A stretch of 39,237 nt of DNA, taken from positions 1 through 39,237 of the forward strand of contig NW_008709540.1 in NCBI RefSeq assembly GCF_000327385.1, written 5' to 3'. The stretch comes from Lottia gigantea (lineage: Eukaryota). Position 1 is the first letter of the stretch, and every line of letters starts with the position of its first letter. Positions 10,826 through 20,355 of this stretch are shown piece after piece. The notes beneath the pieces were generated by a model, which worked only from the letters and a program-made list of their open reading frames with translations, searched no databases and was not told where the DNA came from. The position numbers and the translations under genes were made by a program.

Positions 10826-12355
10826 TTACACTTGTTGAATTGATAGTCTAATAGAAAAATTCCCATCTTTGTCTACGAATCCATCGTCAGGATTTTTCAA
10901 TTCTTTGATATTAATTAAGTTGCTACGGCCGCATCCATGACCTTTTCTGGTGGAAAATTCTTCAGTATTAAAGTTTTTTGAACGAGATTTACTTTCGACT
11001 TTATTGAGAATTGTAAAACTGTATTTAATTTTTACTTTCATCTCTTTTTCTGTCTTCGATTTGATCAAAAACATATACATACTAAGACGGCCATCATCTT
11101 TACAGTCTGCAGACAAACACCAAACCAAATCCACAAAATCAAACAATTCAATTTTACTATCTAAAGATCCTCGGGAAATAGTTTTTGTATTAAATTTTAG
11201 TGTAAAGTTTTGTAGTTTTAAATTTTTACATTCGCCAACCAATCTCCCGACCTCATCTCTGACGTCACTTCCAGGAAGAAAACTCGGAAATTGTAAATCA
11301 GGAACGACCAAATCTTTCTGTTTAACTTTCATTTCATCATTTCTATTTCTCTCATTTCTTTCTACAATTTTAACAACCGACTCTCCTTCTAGGGTAATCA
11401 GAGAATCTTTAATGGCTGATTTTAGTTCAGTGATGGACATTTCCATTTCTTTTCTCAAAATTTCCAACTTGTTTCTTTCCTCGTGTCGAGTATTGTTGAT
11501 TTGAGTTTTAATTTGTTCAGCTCGAGATTGGACCAATTTAGAAATGAGCTGGACTTGTTGATCCACCTTGTTACACGCCTCCTCACTACAAATATCAATC
11601 TCACTCAGTTTAGATGTCAGGTGATCTGAAAATTTCTGTAAACGGTCGATCTGAGCCTGTAAATTAGTATTTAAACATTTTAAATTTTCTCGTAACTTGG
11701 TTTGGGTATCTTTATTGTCTAAATTCAATATCCGGTGTCCATTGTGAACACCTCTATTACTCTCATCAACATAACATTGTAAACAAACACAGGTTTTACA
11801 TCCCACACAATAAATTTCAATCAGTTTAGATGTATGTACAGGACACGGGTCTACAGGACTCTGGTTACCATGGTTACTGTGTTCCGATATTTCTTCTTCT
11901 TCAATTCCATCAACAAAATCAATGATCACGTGATTTTTAGTGACAGGAATTTTGCTGTGAATTTTTTTACACGAGTCACAAATATTCTGTTTACAATCTT
12001 TACATCGATAATTTACACTAGTTTGACTTTCACACACGTCACAGAGACCTAATTCTGCTGCTGGAGATGCTACGTCATTCATATTTGATAGGTCATCAGT
12101 TTCTGTAATAGCGTCCACTACGTCATCAACCCCACTGACGTCATCACCTTCAGATAAATTCTTAAATTCCTCGACTCCACCTGAAGGAAGTTGAATTTGT
12201 ACACGACATAAAGGACACGGAAATTGTCCGTCTTTGAGAGATTTGTTGACGTAATCAAGTAAACATTGACAACAATAAACATGTAAACATGTCAATATTT
12301 TAGGTTGTTTACGATCATGTAAACAAATACTACACGTTTTATCTAGTTTTTCCAT
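10826..12355 (-). CDS. Intronless E3 ubiquitin ligase-like protein: RING (C3HC4) - B-box1 - B-box2 - coiled coil - MATH/TRAF domain (TRIM37-like / TRAF-like), 509 aa
   Basis: Uninterrupted 509-aa ORF. RING: CSICLHDRKQPKILTCLHVYCCQCLLDYVNKSLKDGQFPCPLC. B-box-like: CDVCESQTSVNYRCKDCKQNICDSCKKIH and CPVHTSKLIEIYCVGCKTCVCLQCYVDESNRGVHNGH. Heptad-rich middle region. C-terminal MATH-like region (…SIRLSIQQV). Start ATG in aaaattgccATGG context. Confidence 0.85.
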   Translation of the reverse strand: MEKLDKTCSICLHDRKQPKILTCLHVYCCQCLLDYVNKSLKDGQFPCPLCRVQIQLPSGGVEEFKNLSEGDDVSGVDDVVDAITETDDLSNMNDVASPAAELGLCDVCESQTSVNYRCKDCKQNICDSCKKIHSKIPVTKNHVIIDFVDGIEEEEISEHSNHGNQSPVDPCPVHTSKLIEIYCVGCKTCVCLQCYVDESNRGVHNGHRILNLDNKDTQTKLRENLKCLNTNLQAQIDRLQKFSDHLTSKLSEIDICSEEACNKVDQQVQLISKLVQSRAEQIKTQINNTRHEERNKLEILRKEMEMSITELKSAIKDSLITLEGESVVKIVERNERNRNDEMKVKQKDLVVPDLQFPSFLPGSDVRDEVGRLVGECKNLKLQNFTLKFNTKTISRGSLDSKIELFDFVDLVWCLSADCKDDGRLSMYMFLIKSKTEKEMKVKIKYSFTILNKVESKSRSKNFNTEEFSTRKGHGCGRSNLINIKELKNPDDGFVDKDGNFSIRLSIQQV

Positions 12356-14614
12356 GGCAATTTTAGTTTAAAATCAGGAATATTTAGTCTTTTTCACACT
12401 TAGAAGTATCTTAGTTGTGTACAGGTTAATTTTTCTCCAATTTCAACTTCTATAATCCTATTACTACTTTCAGTTTCTCTTTTATCCATGTGTTTATAAT
12501 GGGGAATAACTCTATTTATCATCCTAATAGTTTTCAGACCACAAATTAAGAGTACATTAAATTCACAATAAAATGAAGTTTTTCGTCCTATTTTCTGCAC
12601 CCTTTGGGCTAATGAAAACGGATACCTCCATACAGTGGGCAGTGAGGGTAATCTTGCTAGGACAGTGACATTATCGAGGGATCTAGTCGCTTTTTCTCAG
12701 TCCCTCTGACCTGCATCACTGACAAGGAGGAAATAGGGTAGAAAATTAGGAAGGTATATCTTGACCTATGTCGGGATTGAACTACTAAATTCACCATATA
12801 GGCCAACTAGCCCTATACTGTCCGCTTACTACACTTTACCTCCCATACGCCTACTTCGGTCATATGATATTAGTTCTATTTTGATAGAACGCATGTCCAA
12901 ACCTAGATTATTTTTCAATCCGAAATGTCGTCTGCTTGTGAGACAGTCAAATAGAGCTGTGGAATTTAATCTGTGAAATAAATTTTGACTTGGCCTGATT
13001 TTGATGAGGGTAATTTAGATATATACCAGTAAAATATACAAGTTCTTGTCGTTTCTTATAGGTAAAGAATTTAGAATTTTACTCGGTTGAAATGCAAAGT
13101 GAATGTGAAATCGTTTAGGATATTTCCAAATCATGAATCCATTATTTGTTATGTTATGAAATTGAAATATATCCCGTTACTCTGAGTTTAATATTAAATA
13201 TAAAGTTAAATAATGAACAATATAAAAAGTTAAGGTTAAGTAATTGATAAAAATTAAATATTAATTGAAGTAATAAATAGAACAATAGAGATGAATTCAA
13301 TATAAAACACATAACAATATGGTTAAATAAATAAAGATACAAAAAAGGTTAAATAAAAAATAATTCAAACCTCTGCAGAGGTGTAATTCTATTTTTTCGT
13401 ATTCTCTTCCATATTATCAACAAAAAAAAACTCCCCTGTCTTCTTCTACAGAAATTCTGAAATTCACAATAGAACTTCCACTGAAATTGTATAGCAACAA
13501 CTTTGCTCTAGGGTATATTATTGGAATTAGTGACGCCTTGGCATCCCTCCCCGTTTCTCTATTAGGGCATATAGACTTTAAAAAAAACATTTCTGACGAC
13601 CCCCGTCCCACTCAAAAAAAAAACCATTCCGACACACACTGAAATTCACAACTCTTTACCCATCCTTGCTTCTGTATTAGGGCATCATTTTTTTTGCCCC
13701 CACCCCAATCCCTTTGATTACTAGTATGTTCGATGGCTCATGCCTCACGCCATTTTATGAGATAGTCGAGGAAAACAGGTGTTTATCTAAGAACGTATTC
13801 AGATGTATTTTTCTTTCTTCTAAAATATTTCATGCTCTTAACCTCTTTTTTCTAAATCGTCCAAAGAATTTCAATCTTTGACGTTGTGCCTCCAAAATTG
13901 ACACACAAATTATAAAAAGAGTAAAAAAAGATATCGAAGAAAATCGACTTCCTGGTGAATTGTGTAATGTTGAATAATTTTGATATTGATTAAAATAAAA
14001 CCAATTAGCTGATTAGACTAAGATAATTAATTTAAATCTTTAAACCCATACACTTTCTGTAATTACCAATCAGACCATCTAGATATTCCGAAACACTCTG
14101 CTTTCAACTAAAAACACATTAAATACCGTTTAACTTGAAAAACACTGTGTTGGTGGTTTCTGTTATAGAACGACTGTTAATTCGTCAGTGGTTCATTTTT
14201 ACAATTTTCAATAAGTTTATATAAGAACCTCTTCTTCTTCCTCTTCCCTTTCTTCTTCTTCTACCATTTATTTCACGCATTAAATGCAAAAAGTTTGTGG
14301 TTTTTGCAATGTAACTGTTTGAAACATGAAATTAATTTGGCATAGTTCGAAGTAAGGTTGTTATATATGTATGAATAGATGAAATCGAGAAATTCTCGGC
14401 AAATTTTCTACTCCAGATTAAGATTTAGATATTAATCTCATTCAACGTTATGCAGTGTACAATGATAGCAATTTCGCAAGAAAATGGCGAGTATCTTTTA
14501 TGTTCACGGGAAGCATGTGGTATTTTGCTTTCGTATCCGAATATCTAGATGTCGAGACATGCATCAACGACAGAGGAAACCCGAAACTACTATTCCATGA
14601 GGAACTCCTGGTGT

Positions 14615-14729
14615 CCGGGCTACGTATTCCCGAAACGATCTTAGCACTAGGATGTCCTGGGGTCTTAGCTTTTAACAATGTTTCTATAATATCCTGGCGC
14701 TAAGATCGTTTCCGGAATACGTGGCCTGG
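14615..14729. repeat. Long imperfect inverted repeat (about 37-bp arms, about 40-bp spacer) forming a hairpin
   Basis: Left arm ccgggctacgtattcccgaaacgatcttagcactagg (14615-14651). Right arm cctggcgctaagatcgtttccggaatacgtggcctgg (14693-14729). Reverse complements match at about 31/37 positions. Confidence 0.7.
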
Positions 14730-15042
14730 TTTTTAAATGATCCTGTACATTTGTGTTTCCATTTATTGTCCCCGACTGTTTCGGACTAGAGAGAAGGCCT
14801 GATCGTCTTTAGGCCATGTATATTACGGGCTAATGATGACACTCGTCCAAACTAATGTATGTAATTTAACACTATAAATACTATACATTTATTAAACTTG
14901 CATTCATTCTGAAATATTCATCTCACCCTAAGGTAGGCTTACTAACATTACTGATATATCAATACGTTATATTCAACAGGAATTTATACTGAGAGGCCAG
15001 AGACGTATCATATACAGAGACATTAAAACAGAACCTAAAAAA

Positions 15043-15645
15043 ATTTTAACAGTGGTATTTCTATATTGCTCTGCTATTGATGTATTGTGCACTATTTTAA
15101 CAGTGGTATTTCTATATCGCTATACAATTAATGTATTGAGCACTATTTTAACAGTGGTATTTCTATATTGCTCTGCAATTGATGTATTGTGCACTATTTT
15201 AACAGTAATATTTCTATATCACTCTACAATTGATGTATTGAGCACTATTTTAACAGTGGTATTTCTTTATGACTCTACAATTGATGTATTGAGAACTATT
15301 TTAACAGTGGTATTTCTATATTGCTTTACAATTGATGTATTGAGCACTATTTTAACAGTGGTCTTTCTATATTGCTCTACAATTGATGTATTGAGCACTA
15401 TTTTAACAGTGGTATTTCTTTATGACTCTACAATTGATGTATTGAGAACTATTTTAACAGTGGTATTTCTATATTGCTTTACAATTGATGTATTGAGCAC
15501 TATTTTAACAGTGGTCTTTCTATATTGCTCTACAATTGATGTATTGAGCACTATTTTAACAGTGGTATTTCTATATCACTCTACAATTGATGTATTGAGC
15601 ACTATTTTAACAGTTAAAATATTGTATTTTCGTATTATATATATA
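15043..15645. repeat. Minisatellite, 60-bp unit x 10 (ttttaacagtggtatttctatattgctctacaattgatgtattgagcactat)
   Basis: Exact 60-bp period (unit starts 15043, 15103, …). ORF 15052-15732 is periodic and artifactual. Confidence 0.9.
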
Positions 15646-15780
15646 TATTTATCCATGAAAATGCTTATATATCTGCAAGTAATAACATCGGAGAAAGTCA
15701 GTTTTGAATGCAACGAATTAAAAGCATTTTAGGAAGTCACATTTCTTTTCACTTTCAGTAAAGTAATCTCAAAATTCATA

Positions 15781-16295
15781 TTACCAGCTGATAAAGCTCA
15801 ATTTCAGCTATCAGTATAGTCATCATATATGTGCATTTTCTGCTAATAGAGCTTAGTTTTAGCTATCAGTATAGTCATCTAAATATTTACTTTACCAGCT
15901 GATAGAGCTTAATTTCAGCCCTCTGTATATCAATTTATGCTTTACTAGCTGAGCTCAATTACTACTATATAGTCATCAAATATTTACTTTACCAGCTGAT
16001 AGATCTCCATCTGTATCGTTATCTCTATTTGTCATTTACCAGACCTCAATTACAGCTATATATATATCTATGTAGCCATGTCAAATTGTGCTTTACCGGC
16101 TGATAGAGCTCAAATACAGCTATCTGTATAGTCATCTAAAATATTTATTTACTTTACCTGCTGATAGAGCTCAAATACAGCTATCTGTATAGCTATATGT
16201 CTAAATTTTTACTTTACCATATGATAAAGCTATATGACAGCTATCTGTATATTTTTTACTTCATCAGCTGATAGATAAATTTCAGACCGACAATA
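15781..16295. repeat. Degenerate tandem repeat about 55-65 bp (ctttaccagctgatagagctcaaatacagctatctgtatagtcatc) with internal CTGATAG/CTATCAG inverted motifs and CAGCTG E-box-like cores
   Basis: About 8-9 recognisable units by eye, each containing cagctgatagagct and agctatc(a/t)gtatag. Confidence 0.8.
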
Positions 16296-16565
16296 CCAAA
16301 ACTTTAACATGTCAAGCTATTACGAAGTTATACCTCGACTGCAACAGCGACCTTTCATGTATTGACGTAAATGGAGCGATTTGGTTAGTTTGAACGTTAT
16401 AAAATACAGCCAATCACAGAGTTCTCAACAGAAAGTCTGTAAACAATAAGCCTGATTCGCTAACATACAATCCAATCAAATCGCTGCATTCCTTGATACT
16501 AATACTGGCTTTACAGTCAAGATATTAGACGAAGTAATAGCTGTAATAGCTTGACATTGTGACGA
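16296..16565. mobile_element. MITE-like element, family 1 (terminal inverted repeats acatgtcaagctattacg … gtaatagcttgacattgt; internal gattggattgtac / gtacaatccaatc palindromic core)
   Basis: TIR-like ends at about 16305-16322 and about 16543-16560. Internal segment is homologous to 26196-26485, 35100-35215 and 22900-23085. It ends about 30 bp upstream of the TATA box of the 16637 gene. Confidence 0.55.
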
Positions 16566-16592
16566 TGTGATACAGAAAGGTTATATCAGAAC

Positions 16593-16600
16593 TATAAATA
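16593..16600 (+). promoter_or_regulatory. TATA box (tataaata) 37 bp upstream of the ATG of the 16637 gene
   Basis: actataaataataacc…ttcatttcaggtcaaaATG. Spacing is consistent with a TSS about 10-15 nt before the ATG. Confidence 0.5.
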
Positions 16601-16636
16601 ATAACCTATTTTATATTCTATTCATTTCAGGTCAAA

Positions 16637-17302
16637 ATGTTGTCATTTGTTGCTCAAATCGTATGCCTTCTCGTCGGTTCCATGACCGTCCACGCCCAGT
16701 TTATGGGCATGGGCGGAATGGGCATGGGAGGCATGGGAATGGGAGGCATGGGAATGGGCGGCATGGGAATGCCAGGAATGGGTATGGGCGGTATGGGAAT
16801 GCCAGGAATGGGCATGGGCATGGACATGGACTTTGGAAATGACTTTGGAATGATGAACCCATTTGGTGGAATGGGTGGATTTGGTGGAATGGGTGGATTT
16901 GGTGGAATGAGCGGATTTGGTGGAATGGGCGGATTTGGCGGCATGGGAGGATTTGGCGGCATGGGAGGATTTGGCGGCATGGGAGGATTTGGCGGTATGG
17001 GAGGATTTGGCGGTATGGGTGGCATGGGCGGTATGGGCGGCATGGGCGGTTTTGGAGGCATGGGTGGCATGGGAATGGGTGGTATGCAAGGACTCCCTGG
17101 ATTTGGAATGGGTGCTGCTGGAATCGGAATGCCTTCTATGCCAGGGATGCCACCTATGCCAGGAATGTCAGCTATGTCAGGGATGTCAGCTATGCCAGGA
17201 ATGTCAGCTATGCCAGGGATGTCAGCTATGCCAGGAATGCCATCTATGCCAGGGATGTCAGCTATGCAAGGAATGATGGGAAATAGTGCTCCAGCAGTGT
17301 AA
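16637..17302 (+). CDS. Secreted Met/Gly-rich low-complexity repeat protein, 221 aa (signal peptide MLSFVAQIVCLLVGSMTVHAQ; GMGGMGM, GFGGMGG and MPGMSAM repeat blocks)
   Basis: Complete ORF with a hydrophobic signal peptide and a single frame through three distinct repeat types. TATA box upstream; AATAAA at 17357-17362, 55 nt after the stop. Paralogous to the 3538 gene ([14 protein letters not shown] vs VHAQFMGMGGMGM). Antisense ORFs 16643-17089 and 16654-17070 are artifacts. Confidence 0.75.
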   Translation: MLSFVAQIVCLLVGSMTVHAQFMGMGGMGMGGMGMGGMGMGGMGMPGMGMGGMGMPGMGMGMDMDFGNDFGMMNPFGGMGGFGGMGGFGGMSGFGGMGGFGGMGGFGGMGGFGGMGGFGGMGGFGGMGGMGGMGGMGGFGGMGGMGMGGMQGLPGFGMGAAGIGMPSMPGMPPMPGMSAMSGMSAMPGMSAMPGMSAMPGMPSMPGMSAMQGMMGNSAPAV

Positions 17303-17356
17303 AGAAACTGTAGTTTTACTGTGTTTTTTGTATAATATTGATGGTGAACGAGATGA

Positions 17357-17362
17357 AATAAA
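17357..17362 (+). terminator. Polyadenylation signal AATAAA for the 16637 gene
   Basis: gatgaaataaaattt, 55 nt downstream of the stop codon. Confidence 0.45.
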
Positions 17363-17444
17363 ATTTATATTCCTAGTACATTTTTCTCTTTTGTTGAATG
17401 TTTACTGTAACACTGACTCGTATTTATATCCACTTATCTCGATT

Positions 17445-17775
17445 GTAGGGGTTCTGTAGGACAGTCGGTTATAAACTGGTCCGCCATTCCATAAACCTTG
17501 GCCCCGTGTACCGATAAGCGAACACAACAAACAGGGGTCAGGGTAAGTCGGTTTAACCTTTGGGAACATTACATGAATTCATTTGCTTGCTTACTTCGTT
17601 CAAATCGGGGTCGTAGAAAGTCTGTTTATCTTGAATAAGTTGTCTTTCCTCATTATTCCAGATGGCCCAGCTGTAAATGGGTACGGATAATCCGCGAAAG
17701 ATCAATGCCAAGAGGCATAGTTGTTATTATGGCAGACCATTACTGGCAAAAAGAAACCTGGTAGAAAATCGAAAA
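17445..17775 (+). mobile_element. SINE-like retroposon copy (tRNA-related head gggttctgtaggacagtcggtta…, conserved core …ccagctgtaaatgggtacggataatccgcgaaagatcaatgccaagagg…)
   Basis: Homologous by eye to 21470-21800 and to fragments at 36186-36430. Confidence 0.6.
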
Positions 17776-17929
17776 AAAAACATCAAAAAAGCAATGTCAA
17801 AATTAACCTTAATCCTACAACTCCTCGTCCTACGATCCTTGGCCCAAGTCTGGGGTACTTAGGTAATGGGCACAAGTTGCTGAAATCAGGGTCACATGAA
17901 ATTGTGTACACTACTAAAGGTACACATTT

Positions 17930-18755
17930 TAGTGATAGCTTCACTAGACAGGGTTACATGAGCACGTTTAGTAGCTTCTCTAGACAAGGTTATATGGGCA
18001 CGTATAGTAGCTTCACTAGAGAAGGTTACATGAGCACGTTTAGTAGCTTCACTAGACAAGGTTACATGAGCATGTTTAGTAGCTTCACTAGACAAGGTTA
18101 CATGAGCATGTTTAGTAGCTTCACTAGACAAGGTTACATGAGCATGTTTAGTAGCTTCACTAGACATGGTTACATGAGCATGTTTAGTAGCTTCACTAGA
18201 CAAGGTTACATGAGCACGTATAGTAGCTTCACTAGACAGGGTTACATGAGCATGTTTAGTAGCTTCACTAGACAAGGTTACATGAGCATGTTTAGTAGCT
18301 TCACTAGACAAGGTTACATGAGCATGTTTAGTAGCTTCACTAGACAAGGTTACATTGAGCATGTTTAGTAGCTTCACTAGACAGGGTTACATGAGCATGT
18401 TTAGTAGCTTCACTAGACAAGGTTACATGAGCATGTTTAGTAGCTTCACTAGACAAGGTTACATGAGCATGTATAGTAGCTTCACTAGACAAGGTTACAT
18501 GAGCATGTTTAGTAGCTTCACTAGACAAGGTTACATGAGCATGTTTAGTAGCTTCACTAGACAGGGTTACATGAGCATGTTTAATAGCTTCACTATACAA
18601 GGTTACATGAGCATGTTTAGTAGCTTCACTAGACAAGGTTATATGAGCATGTTTAGTAGCTTCACTAGACAGGGTTACATGAGCATGTTTAGTAGCTTCT
18701 CTTGACAAGGTTACATGAGCATGTTTAGTAGCTTCACTAGAATCTCACGTGAAAA
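17930..18755. repeat. 36-bp minisatellite x about 23 (ttcactagacaaggttacatgagcatgtttagtagc)
   Basis: Exact 36-bp period. All six frames are open, so ORFs 17721-18368(+), 18355-18705(+), 17892-18377(-) and 18340-18708(-) are not evidence of coding. There is a 1-bp indel at about 18350. Confidence 0.85.
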
Positions 18756-19833
18756 AACATATTATTAAAGAATATTAGAGACAGGGTTAATCTTCATTTT
18801 TGGCAGTTTCGGTCTTCTGTATAACAGTTTACTTTTCAAAATATTAATACTGTACTAAGAAATTTATTATCTTATACAACAAAACAAATAAATACCCTGT
18901 TTGCTGCTTCCAGTTTAGATCTATTTTACAAACAACTTTCATTTAGAATACGTCATTGTTAATGAGAGTGTGAGAGTTTCGTTCCGTTTTTTATTAGCTT
19001 ATATTTTACTTCAGTTAGGGTCTAACGACAGCCCTTTTGAACTTACGTCAAATTAACCTTTTGTGTTAACTTACACAATGCAAAGATGGAAGAAATTTGA
19101 TTGGTTAAAGCAGACGTCAGAAAAGTAATATTTATCTTAAGTCGTAATGACAACAACGTTCTTGACACTACAAGTACAGCCTACTAGTAAGTGTTCAGTA
19201 AAGAAGCTCAATAACATCAAGGACAAAACTTACTCTGCTTTCCGTTCTTTAATCTCCAGTTCTCATTCAACTACGTAGTTGCCAATATGAACATAGATAA
19301 GGGCGAAATAATAAAACGAAATTCAGGGAGAGAATATTTTGAAATAAAAATAATAGGTGAATATTGGATTACAGGAGTTCTAAATAGATTCCAATTTTCC
19401 GTCAAAAGTCTGTGGTTCCTGAAATAGAAACGCTTAGTGGTATATGACGTCACTATTGCATAACACGCTTAGCTTTAATGAAATTGCAAAACCCACAAAC
19501 ATCTGACAGAAAGTTGGAATGGTGCAAATCGAGGCTATCAGTGTCCCCGATACACATGAAACCAAATAAAATTCTATTTTGGTCATGTTTTAAACATTCT
19601 AGAAAACAACATTGTTAATACAATAACTCCACTTCTACTGATATTAGGTCTATCTGGAATACTAAATTCAATATTGCCAGTAGACCATCTATATCATGAA
19701 AAGAAACCTGCGTTTTGCTCACATTTCATCATCAGACCCTTTTTCACACTGTAAGAGAAAAATCCTGCCAATCTTTACTAGAATAAACGAATGACTTTTG
19801 AACATTTAAAAAAAATACACAACACGTCTCTTA

Positions 19834-20355
19834 TTACACCACTGCAGCGTCCCCTCGTAACACTTTATCTGTCAAATCCACAAAACCAGGTTTAGGCATT
19901 ACCAAATCAGGAAACGCATCATTTGCGTTTGGCACTGGTATATTGGGGAAAGTGTTCGGTGGTCCAGGGTTAGGTGAACCAATCGGAGCATTTAATATTC
20001 CTATTCGATTGCCATTAGGTGGAGACATTACGTTTTGATTGTTCTCGAAAGTGTTGGGAAGCAAATCGCTGGTGGTCCCTCGATTGTCCCACGGATCTGA
20101 CCACCTTTGATCAAATCCAGAATTAAATTGATTCATCATGTTGTATCCAAATCTATTTCTCGGTCGAGCACCGAATCCCATACCAAATAATCCATAACCG
20201 TAAGGGGCATATAACGGTCTTACTACTACGGGCATGACAGGAATCACATGCGTTACGGGTATGACGGGTGACAATACCACACCGTGCCAAACTCCACCGT
20301 TGACGGACGCGATGAGACACACAACACACGAGACAGTCAATAAATTTCCAATCAT
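19834..20355 (-). CDS. Small secreted Pro/Asn/Gly-rich protein, about 173 aa (signal peptide MIGNLLTVSCVVCLIASVNG); coding exon preceded by a 5'UTR intron acceptor
   Basis: ORF on the minus strand. The 225-aa ORF listed extends further upstream, but the hydrophobic signal peptide starts at Met53 (ATG at 20353-20355). Immediately upstream, on the gene's own (minus) strand, gtttttttttgcag|gtcgaagtacaagaagaatATG is a polypyrimidine tract plus cag acceptor. Confidence 0.5.
   Translation of the reverse strand: MIGNLLTVSCVVCLIASVNGGVWHGVVLSPVIPVTHVIPVMPVVVRPLYAPYGYGLFGMGFGARPRNRFGYNMMNQFNSGFDQRWSDPWDNRGTTSDLLPNTFENNQNVMSPPNGNRIGILNAPIGSPNPGPPNTFPNIPVPNANDAFPDLVMPKPGFVDLTDKVLRGDAAVV

Noticed and set aside
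10368-10866. ORFs 10368-10814(-), 10414-10866(-), 10537-10782(+) and 10565-10843(+)
   Set aside because: Composition artifacts of the pure GA/CT tract (poly-Ser/Pro/Leu or poly-Gly/Glu/Arg).
10950-11504. 184-aa ORF on the plus strand, plus 7952-8398(-) and 11834-12052(+)
   Set aside because: Antisense to the TRIM-like gene and its pseudogene. The same antisense ORF appears in both copies, so it tracks the sense gene and is not independently supported.
15052-15732. 226-aa ORF with VVFLYCSTIDVLSTILT repeats
   Set aside because: Translation of the 60-bp minisatellite. No non-repetitive flanks and no start context.
16643-17276. ORFs 16643-17089(-), 16654-17070(-) and 16917-17276(+)
   Set aside because: Alternative frames or antisense of the coding Gly/Met repeats of the 16637 gene.
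17721-18708. ORFs through the 36-bp array (FTRQGYMSMFSS repeats) on both strands
   Set aside because: Every frame is open across a pure tandem repeat. A 1-bp indel at about 18350 breaks the plus-strand frame. There is no signal or flank support. Treated as non-coding minisatellite.
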